From: Chiloscyllium plagiosum
Taxonomy: Eukaryota
Direction: 5' to 3'
DNA length: 58,474 bases
Assembly (NCBI RefSeq): GCF_004010195.1
Contig: NC_057726.1
Coordinates: 61,968,519 to 62,026,992, forward strand
Shown here one piece after another: positions 10,940 through 23,994 of the stretch. The notes beneath the pieces were generated by a model, which saw nothing but the letters and a program-made list of their open reading frames with translations, made no database searches and had not been told where the DNA came from. Position 1 is the stretch's first letter, and each line of letters starts with the position of its first letter. The position numbers and the translations under genes are program-made.

Positions 10940-12730
10940 CTTAATGTAGTTTGGTTAGCTTGATGATCCAGGTTATGTTTGGAACATAGCAAACAATTGT
11001 CCAACTAATATTTCACATCCTTGCCCACATTGGGTCACCAACACATCCACTTAATTGGTTCAGTGGTTGTTCCCACCCCTTGGTGCCATGGCATCAACAT
11101 ATTTGTCGTTTCGCTCTCGGGTTGGTGCCAGGCATCGTCCATCCGCAAGGGCAAGTCAATCCTTGAGCTGTATCTTATTCTCTACTTTTCGTCAGATGCA
11201 GGGTATATTCCCTCTCTGGTCAGTTTTAAGTCAGTATCACTGCTTTGTATAAAGTCTCCAACCCCAGTCTGATTGACGGAAATGGTAGCCTGTTTGCCTA
11301 TTGGGCTTTGCTATGATTTTCTCTCTCGTGCACCCTTGTTTTGCCAATTCACCCTCAACGTATGCTCCCAGCAGGGGCTAATTTGTGGTTTGTTATTACC
11401 TTGGTACTCCTCGGTTTTTGTCCGTGGATGGTATGAAGAATATGTTTATGAGGGACAGATTGGGGAGGGTGGCTGTCTCCCGCTGTCACAAATCCATAAT
11501 ATAACAAGATCATAAGACATTGGAGGAAAAATTAGGCCATTCAGCACATCGAGTCTGCTCCACCATTCAATCATGGCTAAAAGATTTTTCAACTGCATTT
11601 TCCCGTTTTTTCCCGGTAACCTTCGATCTCCTTGGCAATCAAGAAGTTATCTTGTTCTGTTTTATATGCACTCATTGACCTGGCTTCCACAGCCTTCTGT
11701 GAAAATGAATTCCACAGATTCACAACTCTCTGGAGAATGAAGTTTCTTCTTATCTCCGTTCTAAAGAGTCTTCCCTTTACTCTTAGGCTGTGCCCTCGGG
11801 TCTTCATCCCTCTTGAGTTGAGAGTGTGTTGCCGGAAAATCTTCATCCCTCTTGCCAGTGGAAATATTTTCCCAGCTTCCATTCCTTCCAGGCCATTCAT
11901 TATTCTGTAATTTTCAATCAGATCCAGCCTCATCCTTCTGAACTCCATCGAGTATCGCCCCAGAGGCGTCAAAAGATGCCCATATGTTAAACTTTTCATT
12001 TCAGGGATAATTCTCGTGAACCTCCTGTGGACCCACTCCAGGGACAATACATCCTTCTTGAGTTATGGGGTCCAACATTGCTCACAATACTCTCAATGTG
12101 GTCTATCCAGCGCTTCAGATGTACATATCTGCTTTGATAATCTTTCACACTCAAGGTGAATGTCAACACTATATTTGCCTTCCTATGTACTGATTCAAAC
12201 TGCAGGTTTTCCTTAAGAGAAACCTGGACTAGGATTCCTAAGTCCCTTTGCACTTCAGACTTCTGATTTTCTTCCCCATTTAGAACATAGCCCACATCTA
12301 TATTCTTCCCCAGAAAGTGCATCACCTCACACTTTCCCACATTTTATTTCATCTGCCACTTCTTAGCCCACTCTGCTAACCTTTCTAAAACTTTCTGCAG
12401 CCTCCCTGCCACCCCAATAGTACCTGCCTCTTCAGTATCTTTGGAGAGAAAAAAAAAATCCTTTTTCCAATGACAGAAAGTGAGAGAAAATACTACATAT
12501 GTACATATTACCTAAATTGATGTGTACTGGTGGGAGACTTTGTTGGGATGTCCAATTCCATGCGTCACTGGTGCTGACTGGGCAGCCTTAGTGTACATTG
12601 ATAGTTCTCAAAGCAGTTCCACACCGAGTTTGCCTTTAAAGCTGTCTGTGTAGATACGACATTCTGTTTTCCTATTTCAATCCTCCAGCGAGGAGGATCC
12701 ATCAACAAAGAGTTTAACGAGTTTTGCTGT
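10940..12730 (-). mobile_element. Degraded retrovirus-type pol relic (RNase H + integrase zinc-binding domain), interrupted by a CR1
   Basis: Minus strand reads KLFVDGSS (~12692-12715), then VHINLGNMYICSIFSH, then after the CR1 YGFVTAG (~11480-11497), then W*PNVGKDVKY*LDNCLLCSKHN (~10970-11045). Confidence 0.6.
11510..12430 (-). mobile_element. CR1-type LINE 3' portion
   Basis: ORFs MGKCEVMHF...QRDLG and RRFTRIIP...TRGHSLRV...RVVNLWNS are typical CR1 ORF2 C-terminus. Confidence 0.9.
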
Positions 12731-13719
12731 TGCATCTATTTCATGATTTTTGTCTAGACCTTTGCCTACATTTATTCCCTCCCCGTCACCCATGGCCTAT
12801 TATTTGGGACAAATGGTCCTTTGCCATTATTTGATGCCACAATCTGAGATTCATGTGGGTCACCACTTGGACTATGTTTACTAGTGAGAAAAGTGGACAC
12901 TCTAGTTGTTTAATTTCAATTTTTCAACCTTGTAGTGAATTCACCTTCTTCCCATGTTCCTGCTCTGACATGTTTGCACAGTTTCATTATTTGCTATTAT
13001 GTGTCTTATAATTTCTTCTTTAACTTTGGAGTTCTTTTTTCTCTCCCTCTCACTCATATACTTCCTTGAAGCAACTGGCTATTGCCATAGCCTTACTGAT
13101 TTTCCGGGTGTGGCCCCCTGCTCTCTACCTCCCAAGATTTTTTTTTTCCCATAGGTTCTGAGCCTGTGGTGATCTCCCACAATATTTCATATAGTCTGAT
13201 CACTTACGACTCACATACTTTCGAAGCATGGTCTCCTACTTGTGGCAATTGTCCACCATTTTCTAAATATCTAATAGTCTAATCCTAATCAAAAGGACAT
13301 GGGAGAGGACAGGACTGAAGTTCAGTGACTCTGCTCTGCTATAGGGGGCTTGTGTCTGAAGGCAATTTTTCTTTGCTGAATTGCCATCTGATTCCCCGAG
13401 TCAATGCATCGGACATATATTCAACATGCCCTCAAGGATGACTTCGAGACTTAACTCCCATGTATTAACTAAAGCAATTCCTCAACTGCGGCCATTTATC
13501 CATCAGACCAGAAAAACTACTGGTGTATTGACCCATAAACTGGTCGATTACTTCTGTTTCCTTCACCCACTTAATGCATGGACATCACATGAGGTATTTA
13601 ATCTATAATTTCAGGATCAGGCTGGGTCATTGTGATGTATCAGGAATTGATGAAGTGAATCCCAGAGTGACTTCAGTCACATTATGTTAGGGCGCACCTA
13701 GGGATATCTGAGGGTGTAG

Positions 13720-13940
13720 AAGGAGGAAGAGGAGGAGGAGGAAAAGAAAAGGGGGAAGAAGAAAAAGGAGGAGGAGGAGGAGGTCATGTAGNNNGAAGAA
13801 AGAGGAGGAGATGAAGAGGAAGAAGAAGACAATGAAGAAAAAGATGAAAGGAAGAGGTAGAAGAAGGAGAAGAAGAAGGAGGAGTAGAAGGAAGGAAGAG
13901 GGGAAGTAGTAGTAGTAGTAGGAGGAGGAGAGAAGAGAAA
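13720..13940 (+). repeat. Polypurine (GAA/GAG)n low-complexity tract containing a 3-N gap (13792-13794)
   Basis: Seen directly. Confidence 0.9.
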
Positions 13941-14329
13941 ACTATCCCTTGCAGTATCAACACTGGACTATTAATCCAGAAACTGAGCTAATGTTATCAA
14001 ACAATGTCAGATGGTAGAATTTGACTTCAAACATATCACGAATTGAGCATTTACTGAAGGCCATGAATTCATTGCCAATTGTTTGAAACCCCATCTGGTC
14101 GATTAGTGTCATTAGGTGAAATCTGCCATCTTCACCTGATCTGGCTGGTATGTGACTCCAGATCCAGGCCAACATGTTTGACTTTCAATTGCCCTCTGAA
14201 ATGACCAATCATACCACTCAGTCATATCAATTTTAATGAATTCTCAAGAAAGAAATGAAACCATATGAGCAACCTAGCATCAACCTCAGCACAGGAAAAG
14301 ACAGCGGCAGTATAATTAAACCCTGTTGA

Positions 14330-16320
14330 GCTTGCAACAACTTTTTATCAAAACATCTGGGTCTAGTGCCAAAATTTCGAGTACTGTCTCACAAATTAAT
14401 CAAGCACCTGTCTAACATACTGTACTTATGGAATCATACCTGACAGACAATGTTTAAGATGCCATCATCACAATTTCTGGATATGTCCTTTTACAGAAGC
14501 AGAACCAACCAACAGAGGTAGTGACAGATTGATATACAGATGGGAGGGATTTGCCCTCTGAGTCCTTAGTATTGATGCTGGATCCTATGAAGTGCATGGC
14601 TTCGGGTCAGACATGGGCCAGGAAACACCCTCTTCATTAGCACATACCATCCTCCCTCGGTTCATGAATGAGACCTCCTCCATATTGAACAACACTCTAA
14701 TGAAGCACTGAGGAACACAATGGCACAAAAATTACACAAAGTCGGGAATTTCGATGTCCACCCCTAATTGTGGCTTGGCAGCTGCACTACACGTCCAGCT
14801 GTTGGGTCTTAAGTGGCATAGCTGCCAGACTGGGCCTGAGGCAAGTGGTAAGGAAACCAACAAAAGGAAAGAAAAAGCATACTTGATCCGATCCTTGCCC
14901 ATCCCCAACTGCGGATGCATCATCCCACAACGGTATCCATCTGATTGACTACTACATATTCCTTGTGGAGACGAAGTCCCACCTGCATATTGTGAATAGG
15001 CTCCATCATGTTGTGTGGCATTACCAATGTGCAAAATGGAATAGACATCATATAGATCTAGCAACTCAGGACTGACTATCCATGAGACGCTGTCGACCAT
15101 TACGCTAGCAAAATTTACATCCTCATGGCTTGGCATTTCTCCCATTCAATCAGTACCTTTAATCCAGGGGATCAACCCTAGATCAATGGAAAACAGAAGC
15201 GGAAATCCCAGGAACTGATCCAGACATTACCGAAAATGAGATGTTGTCATTATTAGAGTGGTGTTGAAAAAGCACAGCAGGTCAGGCAACAACCAAGGAG
15301 CAGGAAAATCGACGTTTCAAGCAGGAGCCGTTCATCAGGAAGGAGGCTGGGAGCCTCCTGCTCCTCGGATGCTGCCTGACCTGCAGTGCATTTCCAGCGC
15401 CACTCTAATCTTGACTCTGATCTTCAGCATCTCAGTCCTCACTTCCGCCTGCTGAAAATGAGGTGTCAACCTGGTGAAGCTATGAAGCAGGACTGCATGT
15501 GCGTCAAATAGCATAAGCAGCAAGTGATGGATAGTTAGGAGAAAGGGCTGGCAAAGGGCTTATGCCCGAAACGCCGATTCTCCTGCTCCTTGGATGCTGC
15601 CTGACCTGTTGTGCTTTTCCAGCACCACACTCTTGACCAGTGATAGACAGAACCAAGCTATCCCACAGCTAACAGATGAGATCTAAGCTCTGCAGTCCTG
15701 AACTGTGCAATTGTGAATATTTAAGCAAGAAACTTGTGGAGAAAGATCCACAAATACCCACGCCCTAAATGATGAAAGAGTCCCACACATTAGAGCATAC
15801 GATGAGGGTGAAGCATTTGCAGAATCTACAGCCAGAAGTGTCACGTGGTTGGACTTTTTGGCCTACTTCAGTGGTCCCCAGCAATGGAGATACAAGTATT
15901 GATCCAGGTAAATTGACCCCAGGTAATATCAAGAAACAGTTGGAGACAATGGCATTGCAAAGGTTACAGGTCTATAAGCATCCACGCTCAAATGATGTTC
16001 AATAGAAGCAGTGCTCACTATCTATAAGATATACTGCAGCAATTCAGCAAAGAATCTTTGACAGCACCTTCCAAACCCATAATTACTTCCATCTGGAAGG
16101 GCAAGGAAAGCAAATACATTGAAACACCATCACCTGCAAGTCCCCTTCCAAGCCACTCACCATTTGACTTGGAAATAAATTACAGTTTCGTCAATGTCGT
16201 TGTGTTAAAATCCTGGAATTCCCTGTCTAAGCTCATTCTGGATCAACCTACAGCATGTGAATTTCAGCAGTTTAAGAAGTCAGCTCACGACCATCTTCTG
16301 AAGTGCAATTAGGATAGGCA
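14330..16320 (+). mobile_element. Old, fragmented non-LTR LINE (endonuclease-like 5' part and 3' end), interrupted by short Penelope-terminus repeats at ~15255-15640
   Basis: atggaatcatacctgacagacaat (ESYLTDN, APE-like). The 3' end gacagcaccttccaaaccc...tcctggaattccct recurs in reverse at ~28050-28680, ~36000-36260 and ~36760-37350. Confidence 0.55.
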
Positions 16321-17334
16321 ATAAGAATAAAATAAAGGCCATCCAGAGATGCACACATTCCATGACTGCATTAAAAACAAGTGTTGTAACATTAAAATGA
16401 CAGTTGGTTTGATTAGAATCCAATGCAAAATGCTCTATTATAACTCTGTAGAACTTTGTCAGCAGACAACCAATATTCTCTATACTGTTGACTAGAATCT
16501 AGATAACATCAATACGTGATGAACTGGCCATATTCGTTCCAACGAGTCATAGTCTTCTCTGAGTTCTGAAATCAATGTCTACTCTTCATGATGCTTGATT
16601 TCGAGTTGTCACTCAAGTTGTCCTTGTCAAAATCTTTACTATGCCTTCTTTTTTATGTTTCCTCCCAGTCTTCCAGGATGGTTGATGTCATGCTCCCTTA
16701 CACAAGATAATCATAGTTCAGAGCTCGTGTGGCAAGAGTCGTGTGAACAGGAGATATCCACGTGCCTATAACCTGTTAGCAGTCACATGTTGTCCAACTT
16801 TGCAACCACAGAGGTCGAATACCTTTTAGGATTGGACATTTGGCTCGTCAGCAGCCCAGCTTTACTTCTTCCTTTCATCGCAAGCTGATTGGCTGTTTAT
16901 GTAAAGTTAGCATAAATTTCCATTTTGCTTGGAGCTTCAACTGTTAGCCACGGATTCTGTCTCACCGGAAGGAATGGGAAGCGAATATGCAGGTACTACT
17001 TGGTGTGAAAGATCGCGCCTGTACCTCTGATCCATTGGCAAATAACCTTAATCTTGTGCATCAAGGTAACTGGCGACTCTACTGTGGTAAACAGTTCTTC
17101 CCTTTTCACACTAACAAAACCCTGTGTATTTTGTACACTTCAATTATATCAGTCCTGAATCTCTTCTGTTCGAAAGAAAACGAATCTAGCTTATCTAAAC
17201 CTTGCTCATAATTGACCTTTTTAAAAGCTATGGCAATATTCATGGAAAAGTCCTCTGTAATCCTTCTATAACTATTTGCTTTCTGTGATATGGTGACCGT
17301 ATCCAACGAAAGACTGCATCCAATGATGGGCAGA

Positions 17335-17740
17335 CCAGGGGTGCATACTCAGCCTCCTACTGTGCTCACTGTATACCCATGACTGCGTTGTCAAATATCA
17401 GACTAATGTCATTTACAAGTTCGCTGATGACATCTGCAGAGTCGGTCGAATCTTAGATGGCGAAGAAAGAGACTATGGAAGGGAAGTGGAAGACCTGGAA
17501 AAATGGTGCACTCAGAGCAACCTAGCTCTTAATGCCGGCAAAACCAAGGAGCTCATCATTGACGTTCGGTGGGGTGTTATTCATGTCTTCATACACATTA
17601 ACAGAACAGAAGTGGAACGAGTGGAGAGTGTCAAACTCCTGGGAGTGGTTATCAATAACAAACTTTCTAGGTGCACCCACGACAGCATTCTGTCTGAATG
17701 TATCACTACATGGTATGGCATCCGTACCATTCAAGATCGG
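17335..17740 (+). mobile_element. Non-LTR RT fragment (Rex1/Babar- or L2-like)
   Basis: KFADD followed by WCTQSNLALNAGKTKELIID...VERVESVKLLGV. Confidence 0.7.
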
Positions 17741-17741
17741 A

Positions 17742-18872
17742 GTTAAAAATCACACAACACCAGGTTATAGTCCAACAGGTTTAATTGGAAGCACACTAGC
17801 TTTCGGAGCATCGTTCCTTCATCAGGTGGTAGTGGAGGGCTCAATCCTAACACATAGAATTTAGCAAAACTTTACAGTGTGATGTAACTGAAATTATACA
17901 TTGAAACATTGATTGTCTGTTAAGCATTTCATCTGTTAGAATACCATGGTAGTTTCACTTCTTTCATATGTAATTCACAAAACCTTCTTTAAAAAAGTTG
18001 CATTCTCAGGTTAGCTGTTAACAATGGTGGTAGCTAGACAATATGTTGAAGGTGTTGGCCCCCTGTGTTCTCTGTCTATGCCATGATGTTTAGATTGATT
18101 CATGCAGTTTTTGAGCTCAGAGTTCTACATGAATGCGTGCAGATTTTGAGCAAAGTACAATGTAACCCTGCAAGTACAAATTCACCCCACAAAATATATG
18201 TGTGCATGTGCGCCTTTGTATGTCTGTGTGTGTCAGTCTGTCTGGGTTGAGGGTTGTGAGTGTGAGAAAGTGTCTGTGTGTGTGTATAGTGAGTGCAGAG
18301 TGTCTTAAGTCTGTGAGTGGGTGCATGTGTGAGTATGGGAGTGTGTGTCTGTAAGGGCATGTGTGGGTATCCGTGTGTATATGTGTATAGGAATGCCTGT
18401 GTGTATGTGAGAGAGAGAGAGTGTGTAGGAGTATCTGTGTGTGTGTATAGTGCAATGGTGGTTACCTGTAATGTGAGATGAGCCCAAGGTCCTGGTTAAA
18501 GCCCTCCCTATGGGTACCGAACTTAGCTATGATCCTCTGCTCGGCCACTTTTCGCTGCTGCCTGCCCCGAAGTCCGCCTTGAAGGATGGTCACCCGAAGG
18601 TCCGAGGTCGAATGTCCTGGACAACTGAAGTGTTCCACAACAGGGAGGAACACTCTTGTCTGTTGATTGTTGTGTGGTGCCCATTCATCTGTTGTCGTAG
18701 CCTTTGCTCGGTTTCCCCAGTGTACCATGCCTCCGGGCATCCTTGCCTGCAACGTATAAGATAGACAACGTTGGCTAAACCACATGAGTACCTGCATTGT
18801 ACAAGGTGGGAGGTGTCCCCACGCGTAATAGTGGTATCTATGTCCACACTATGACACGTCTTGCAGCGCCTC
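17742..18872 (-). mobile_element. Penelope-like element 3' part with GIY-YIG endonuclease and a (TG)n-rich tract (~18200-18445)
   Basis: ANVVYLIRCRQGCPEAWYTGETEQRLRQQMNGH is a GIY-YIG signature; RKVAEQRIIAKFGTHREGFN. Confidence 0.88.
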
Positions 18873-20382
18873 CCATTGGATATTTTTATCTCGCCACTCT
18901 GCAGGCACCCTGCATCTATCCCTGATGAAGGGCTTTTGCCCGAAACGTCAATTTTCTTGCTCCTCGGATGCTGCCTGACCTGCTGTGCTTTTCCAGCACC
19001 ACTCTGATCTAGACTCTCACTTTATATTCCCTATAATCGCAAGGCTCGTCTGTAGTTCTCATTCTTTCCTCTCAACGAGTCCGCTCACCCATCAAACCAC
19101 TGGCTGCTGTCTTATCACAAGTTCGAAATTCAGCAGCATATTTTTCCAACTTGTTTCTGCGTGCTAGGCCAATTGTTGAATGCCAAAACTATTATCAGCA
19201 TTTTCATCATTATGCGATTTTAAACTCGGATAGACTTCCACTGTTTCAGCAGCAAGGCGCAATTGATGATTTGTGAATTCTGGAAATGATTTCTCACAAT
19301 GCTCCTTCTAATTGAACGTTTGCACGCCAATGTTCTCTTTGAGATTCCGTCCTAGCAATCTGAGAAAACAGAACTTTTTTTTCTACATGCAGGAGTATAG
19401 AACCTACCTCGCAGACATCCTGCCGATTTCTGTGCTGCTTTTACAGCGTCAGACTGCAGCCTGACTGCGAGCCCAAAGTGAAGACGCAATGTAAGTATCT
19501 GGGGTACCGAAGCCATTGCTTTCAGTCTCTGTCTCAAAATTGCTTTCCATTGTCGATAACAAAACCTGATATTCAGCAAAACTGTCTACTTTTAACTTTG
19601 TAACATAGCTGTCTAGCGTTTACTGTTCGAATGCACTTGCGGCGAATCTTTTATTCTGTGCCTTCTGTTAATCTGAGGGTAGGTGACAGTCTGTTGATGA
19701 CATCCTTTCCTCTCAACGAGTCATCTCACCCATCAACCGGGTGTCTTCTGACTTACATGTGTTCCCTGTTCGTGAACGTCTTGAAATTAAAGTCTTCATT
19801 AATTTTCTGCGTTTTGACTTATTCTATTGCAGTCTCTTTGATCTCTTCCATCTACAGAATTGTCGAAGTTTTCTGATCTCCTCACATCTTGGCTTCTTGA
19901 ACATCCTAACCGGTGACGCTGCCATTTGCGCCCGTGCCTTCAATTGACAAAAGTCTCAGTTGGATAATTTCCTCCCTAAATCTCAACATGTCTTTATTTC
20001 ATTTTCTCCCTTTAAGATACTCCTTGAAAGTGACTGATTTTGGTGAACTTGGATCACCTATGATGCTTCCTTTATGTTTAGGTGTCAAAAATTGCTGTAT
20101 AACGTCCTGAAGAAGCGACATAAAGAAAAACGGGTGTTATGAAAGATTTGCTTGGAATACAGGGATTACGTTTGACGTCCTGCTGTTTTTTTGCTGGTAT
20201 TGCAGTATATTTTCAAGGGCTATCCAAAAGCAAAACTTTGCAATCCAAAGCTACTTCATAAATAACAGGCGCAGGATGTTAACGTCATTGCGACGAGTTT
20301 TATGTTAAATAATCAGCAAGCCCCTTTGACAAAGACAAACACGGTCACTGCAGACAGACATCCGTTGAAACTTTAGGCCGGA

Positions 20383-20443
20383 ATGATGTCGAATGCCAAG
20401 TTTCTTTTAATTCTCCTGACGCTCCTGGACCTCACTACTGCAG
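20383..20443 (+). CDS. Gene B exon 1, signal peptide (MMSNAKFLLILLTLLDLTTA)
   Basis: Classical n/h/c signal peptide; phase-1 donor G|gtatct. Confidence 0.88.
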
Positions 20444-20617
20444 GTATCTGTTCCATTAAACACAAAATGGTTTTCCAGTACTGCATCAGTTGAATCAATT
20501 GTCGCTCTTCGGTTTGTTCTCTTATTTCTTTCATAATTACATGTTGAATTATGGTGTTAGGTGTCTGGTTTTGCCTAGTTTGCAATTAACTAAAATGCGC
20601 TCTTATGTTACTTCCAG

Positions 20618-20938
20618 ATGCACCAGATTCCTCTGTGAGCATCCGTCAATCTCCCCCAAAGGCAGTTATATCAAAGGGTTCAGACATCATTCTCTACTGC
20701 ATTTTGCCCCTTTCCCATGATAATTCAGAGTTCGAGGTACGTTGGTGGAAACGGGGTGAGAATAAATTTCTGCAACCAGGAGTAGATAAAAGGAAACATA
20801 TTGGTGTCATATCTAAAGGATCTGCTAACCTGGATCTGCGAAACGCAATGCTCCAGGACTCAGGAATCTACCACTGTACAGTAATCCGTCAGGGAGCATT
20901 TTATGGAAATGGAACAGGAACTAATCTAACTGTCTGCA
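20618..20938 (+). CDS. Gene B exon 2, Ig V-set domain with J-like G strand
   Basis: Acceptor cttccag|; IRQSP, LYC, WWK, DSGIYHC and GNGTGTNLTV; donor A|gtaagt; 321 nt, same length as in gene A. Confidence 0.93.
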
Positions 20939-21634
20939 GTAAGTGACGGGGTAATGGGAATATCCAAAACGCCTTGTTGTCATAGATTTATTGTGCGGCC
21001 TTTCACTCTATAAATCACGTTATATTGTTTACTTACAACGTTTACTTCAGATTTCTTATCTCGAGACCACCCCGCTTACATTAAAACATTGCACACAACT
21101 GGATAATTAAATGGCAAAGTTTAATGTTTCATTTACTTTGCTATATAAATCGCCATGATATTAACCCAGGTGAGAAATGGGTTCTAAATGCAGACTCTGG
21201 AAAACAGAATTTGAACAGACTTGGTTTCAGATACATGACCTTGTGAAGCCGAATGTTAACGGATAGGTCTAAACGCTAGCGTTCACTTCAAATTTCTTAA
21301 CTCAAGACCACCCTAAGCCCGCGGTGATCCAAGGAGACAAAACTTTTGGTTGTCTGTCCTGGCGACAGCTTCAGATTTTTCGATGACCCAATTGAGTCAT
21401 CTTCTCTTCTTCTTAGTATCTAATGTATTGATTCTCCATCTGTGCGGGCTCCATGATATCGACTATGATTCTCCTGTCTTTATAATTATTAGGCTGATTG
21501 CTTATTTCTCTCCTTAGGATCGCAGTAAAACAGTAATGTATTATCAATCAGGCATCAAGTGAGAATGCCATTCTTGTCCTTTTAATCTCAACATTTATCC
21601 AGCGACCTGATTTTTCCATTTTTTTTGTTTGCAG

Positions 21635-21940
21635 TTTCTCCAGCTCCAATAAAGATTTACACAAAGCCACGCAAGGACAATTCATCGAAGTCTCTGACTC
21701 TTGTGTGTCAGACGAGTGCGTTCCATCCGGGCGATTTTACTCTCGTTTGGTATAAAAATGGCACCGCAATCTCACCGGCGATAATTAAAAAACAGAACGC
21801 TGAAGGACTGTATCAAGCTTTCAGTTCTTTGGAAGAGGCGCAACCTGAGCGGACCGAAGTTGTCTACATCTGTTTGGTAATACACATCTCCCTTCGGACT
21901 CCCGCCATTGCTATCCACACTGTGACAAATACCTACTCAG
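21635..21940 (+). CDS. Gene B exon 3, Ig C1-set domain
   Basis: Acceptor tttgcag|; LTLVCQTSAFHP...WYKNG...GLYQAFSSL...YICLVIHISL; donor G|gtatga. Confidence 0.93.
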
Positions 21941-22479
21941 GTATGAGGCCAACAGACCTAAAAGTCAGCTCAACAATTTGTAAAATTTAGGAAAAAGCTG
22001 CATTTAAAGTTCGTTGACATTAATAGTGTTTTAAAAAAGGTTTCGAAATTGAACGATAGGAAATCCTAAAATCAACGTTAAGTTTTAATGTTTCCATGTA
22101 AAATTTTATTGCCCACGCTCATTGTCAAAACAAATTGACATCAGTATCATCCAACAGTCTGTGAGCGCTCAGGTCCAGGCAATTTCTATATTCCTTCCAA
22201 TTATTGGTCTAATTCATATTTAACATTTACATCACCAATTTCTTAACTGACCATATACTTGCTTTTTTATTAGTGCTTCTAAGAGAAGCTGCCAAATATA
22301 TTATTTGTTATCCGCACTGTCATTATGTCAGAAGGTAGTCTTGTGGGCAAGATGTATTGCAATTTTTTTCTTGGGAGGGATAAAGAAACACATGAGAGGA
22401 AATATTAAACTGATAAGGGCTGATCCGTGATTCATTACAATCATGGATGATCGTCCAAACAAGTGCCTTTGCCCACACG

Positions 22480-23250
22480 TTTGTTATATCCCTTCATATC
22501 TTTGCCGTTTAGAAACTTGTCAATCTTTAATTTACACACGCTCATATATATGCTTCCACAGTCTGGGGTAGGCAATGCCACAGGCGCAAATCCTTCTAAA
22601 AAAAGGATTTCTTATCTCGGTACAAGATGACTTTACCCGTGTGCCCTGGTTCTCCAATCCCCAACTATGGGAAAAACGTTTTGTTATTCACCGTTTTCTT
22701 TTCCTTAAGTGATTGGTAGTTTCCAATGAGATCACCCTTATTTTGTGAAACGCTGGAGAATACAAGCTCATTTTTCTCAATCTCTCTCCACAGAACAATT
22801 CTGCCAACCCAGGAACAAGTCCAATGAACCTTTGTTGCACTCAATCCATTGCAGTAATATTCTTTGTACGATCAGGGGATCAAAGACACGCACATTACTC
22901 CGGGCGTGATCTAACCATGGTTCTGTAATATTGATGCAAACCTTTGCTAATCCTGTACTCCAGTCCTCTAGTGATATTGACTAACATGCATTCGTCTGGC
23001 TAATTGTTTATTGTTCACCCGTACGAGCATTAAGTAATTTATTGTTGAAGTCAGATAGACCCGCTTGAAATCTTCAGCGTACTATACAGTGTAGCATGAT
23101 ATCTTGCCATTTAAGAAGTACTCTGTACAACTGTTCCTCTTACTAAGGCGACACATGTTTCCATATCATCTTCTATCTCTACTCACCACGTCTGTCCAAA
23201 TATGCTTGAAATTGCTTTGCATCGTCCTCACAGCACACATTCAAGTTTCG
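22480..23250 (-). mobile_element. Highly degenerate CR1-type LINE 3' fragment
   Basis: ccaatgaacctttgttgcact and cacattactcc motifs parallel the minus-strand CR1 at 11510-12430. Confidence 0.5.
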
Positions 23251-23994
23251 CTGACATTTTAATTTCTCGTTGTACTTTCGGTAGGTGTATTAGAATATAT
23301 CTGAAACTTCTGAATACTTCTTCAATGGATGCCATCATTCCAAACCTTCTTTGTCAATGCTTCAACCCACCAAATTTTAGTTGTTTGAATTTAATACCTC
23401 GTCTCAAATACCTCACTTTCAAACATTGTATAGACACATATATATAGACTACTAGTCACTCATCTCTCAAGATACTTTTACAGCAGGGTTATGCATCATA
23501 CCTTTTCTACATAACACGAGATGTAAAATATCGGGGTCCCCAGGTGTTTCTCAATACTGCTCCCCAGAAGACCATGCAAAACACATTCACAGCCTTAGTG
23601 ATGATTAAGTTTTCCAGTCTGTCTATAGATTGAAGTCACCAATGTGCAGACCTTTGATGCTGGGAGGCATTTTGTGCTACTAATTTCACTTGCAACCCAG
23701 GCCTGTGACACTCGTAACGGCAATCCATTCGTTCATTCCGAACCATTTTCTTTTCTGGAATTAACAAACAATGGTGTGGTAAGGCGCAAGTCTATAAGGA
23801 GAATGTCTTGATTCACCCCATTATACTCCACAATATTGAGATCGCATGTCAGTCAAATGAATACAATCCATATTTTTCTTAGCAATAGCGAAACTAATAT
23901 CAATGCATTATCACTACTTCTTCTCACCATTACCTCTCAAGCCATTGATTAGACCAGTGGAAAAGGGAATTTTCCCTTGCATATTGTTCTGGTC

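Noticed and set aside
18100-18487. His/Thr-rich ORFs
   Set aside because: Translation of the (CA)n-rich tract.
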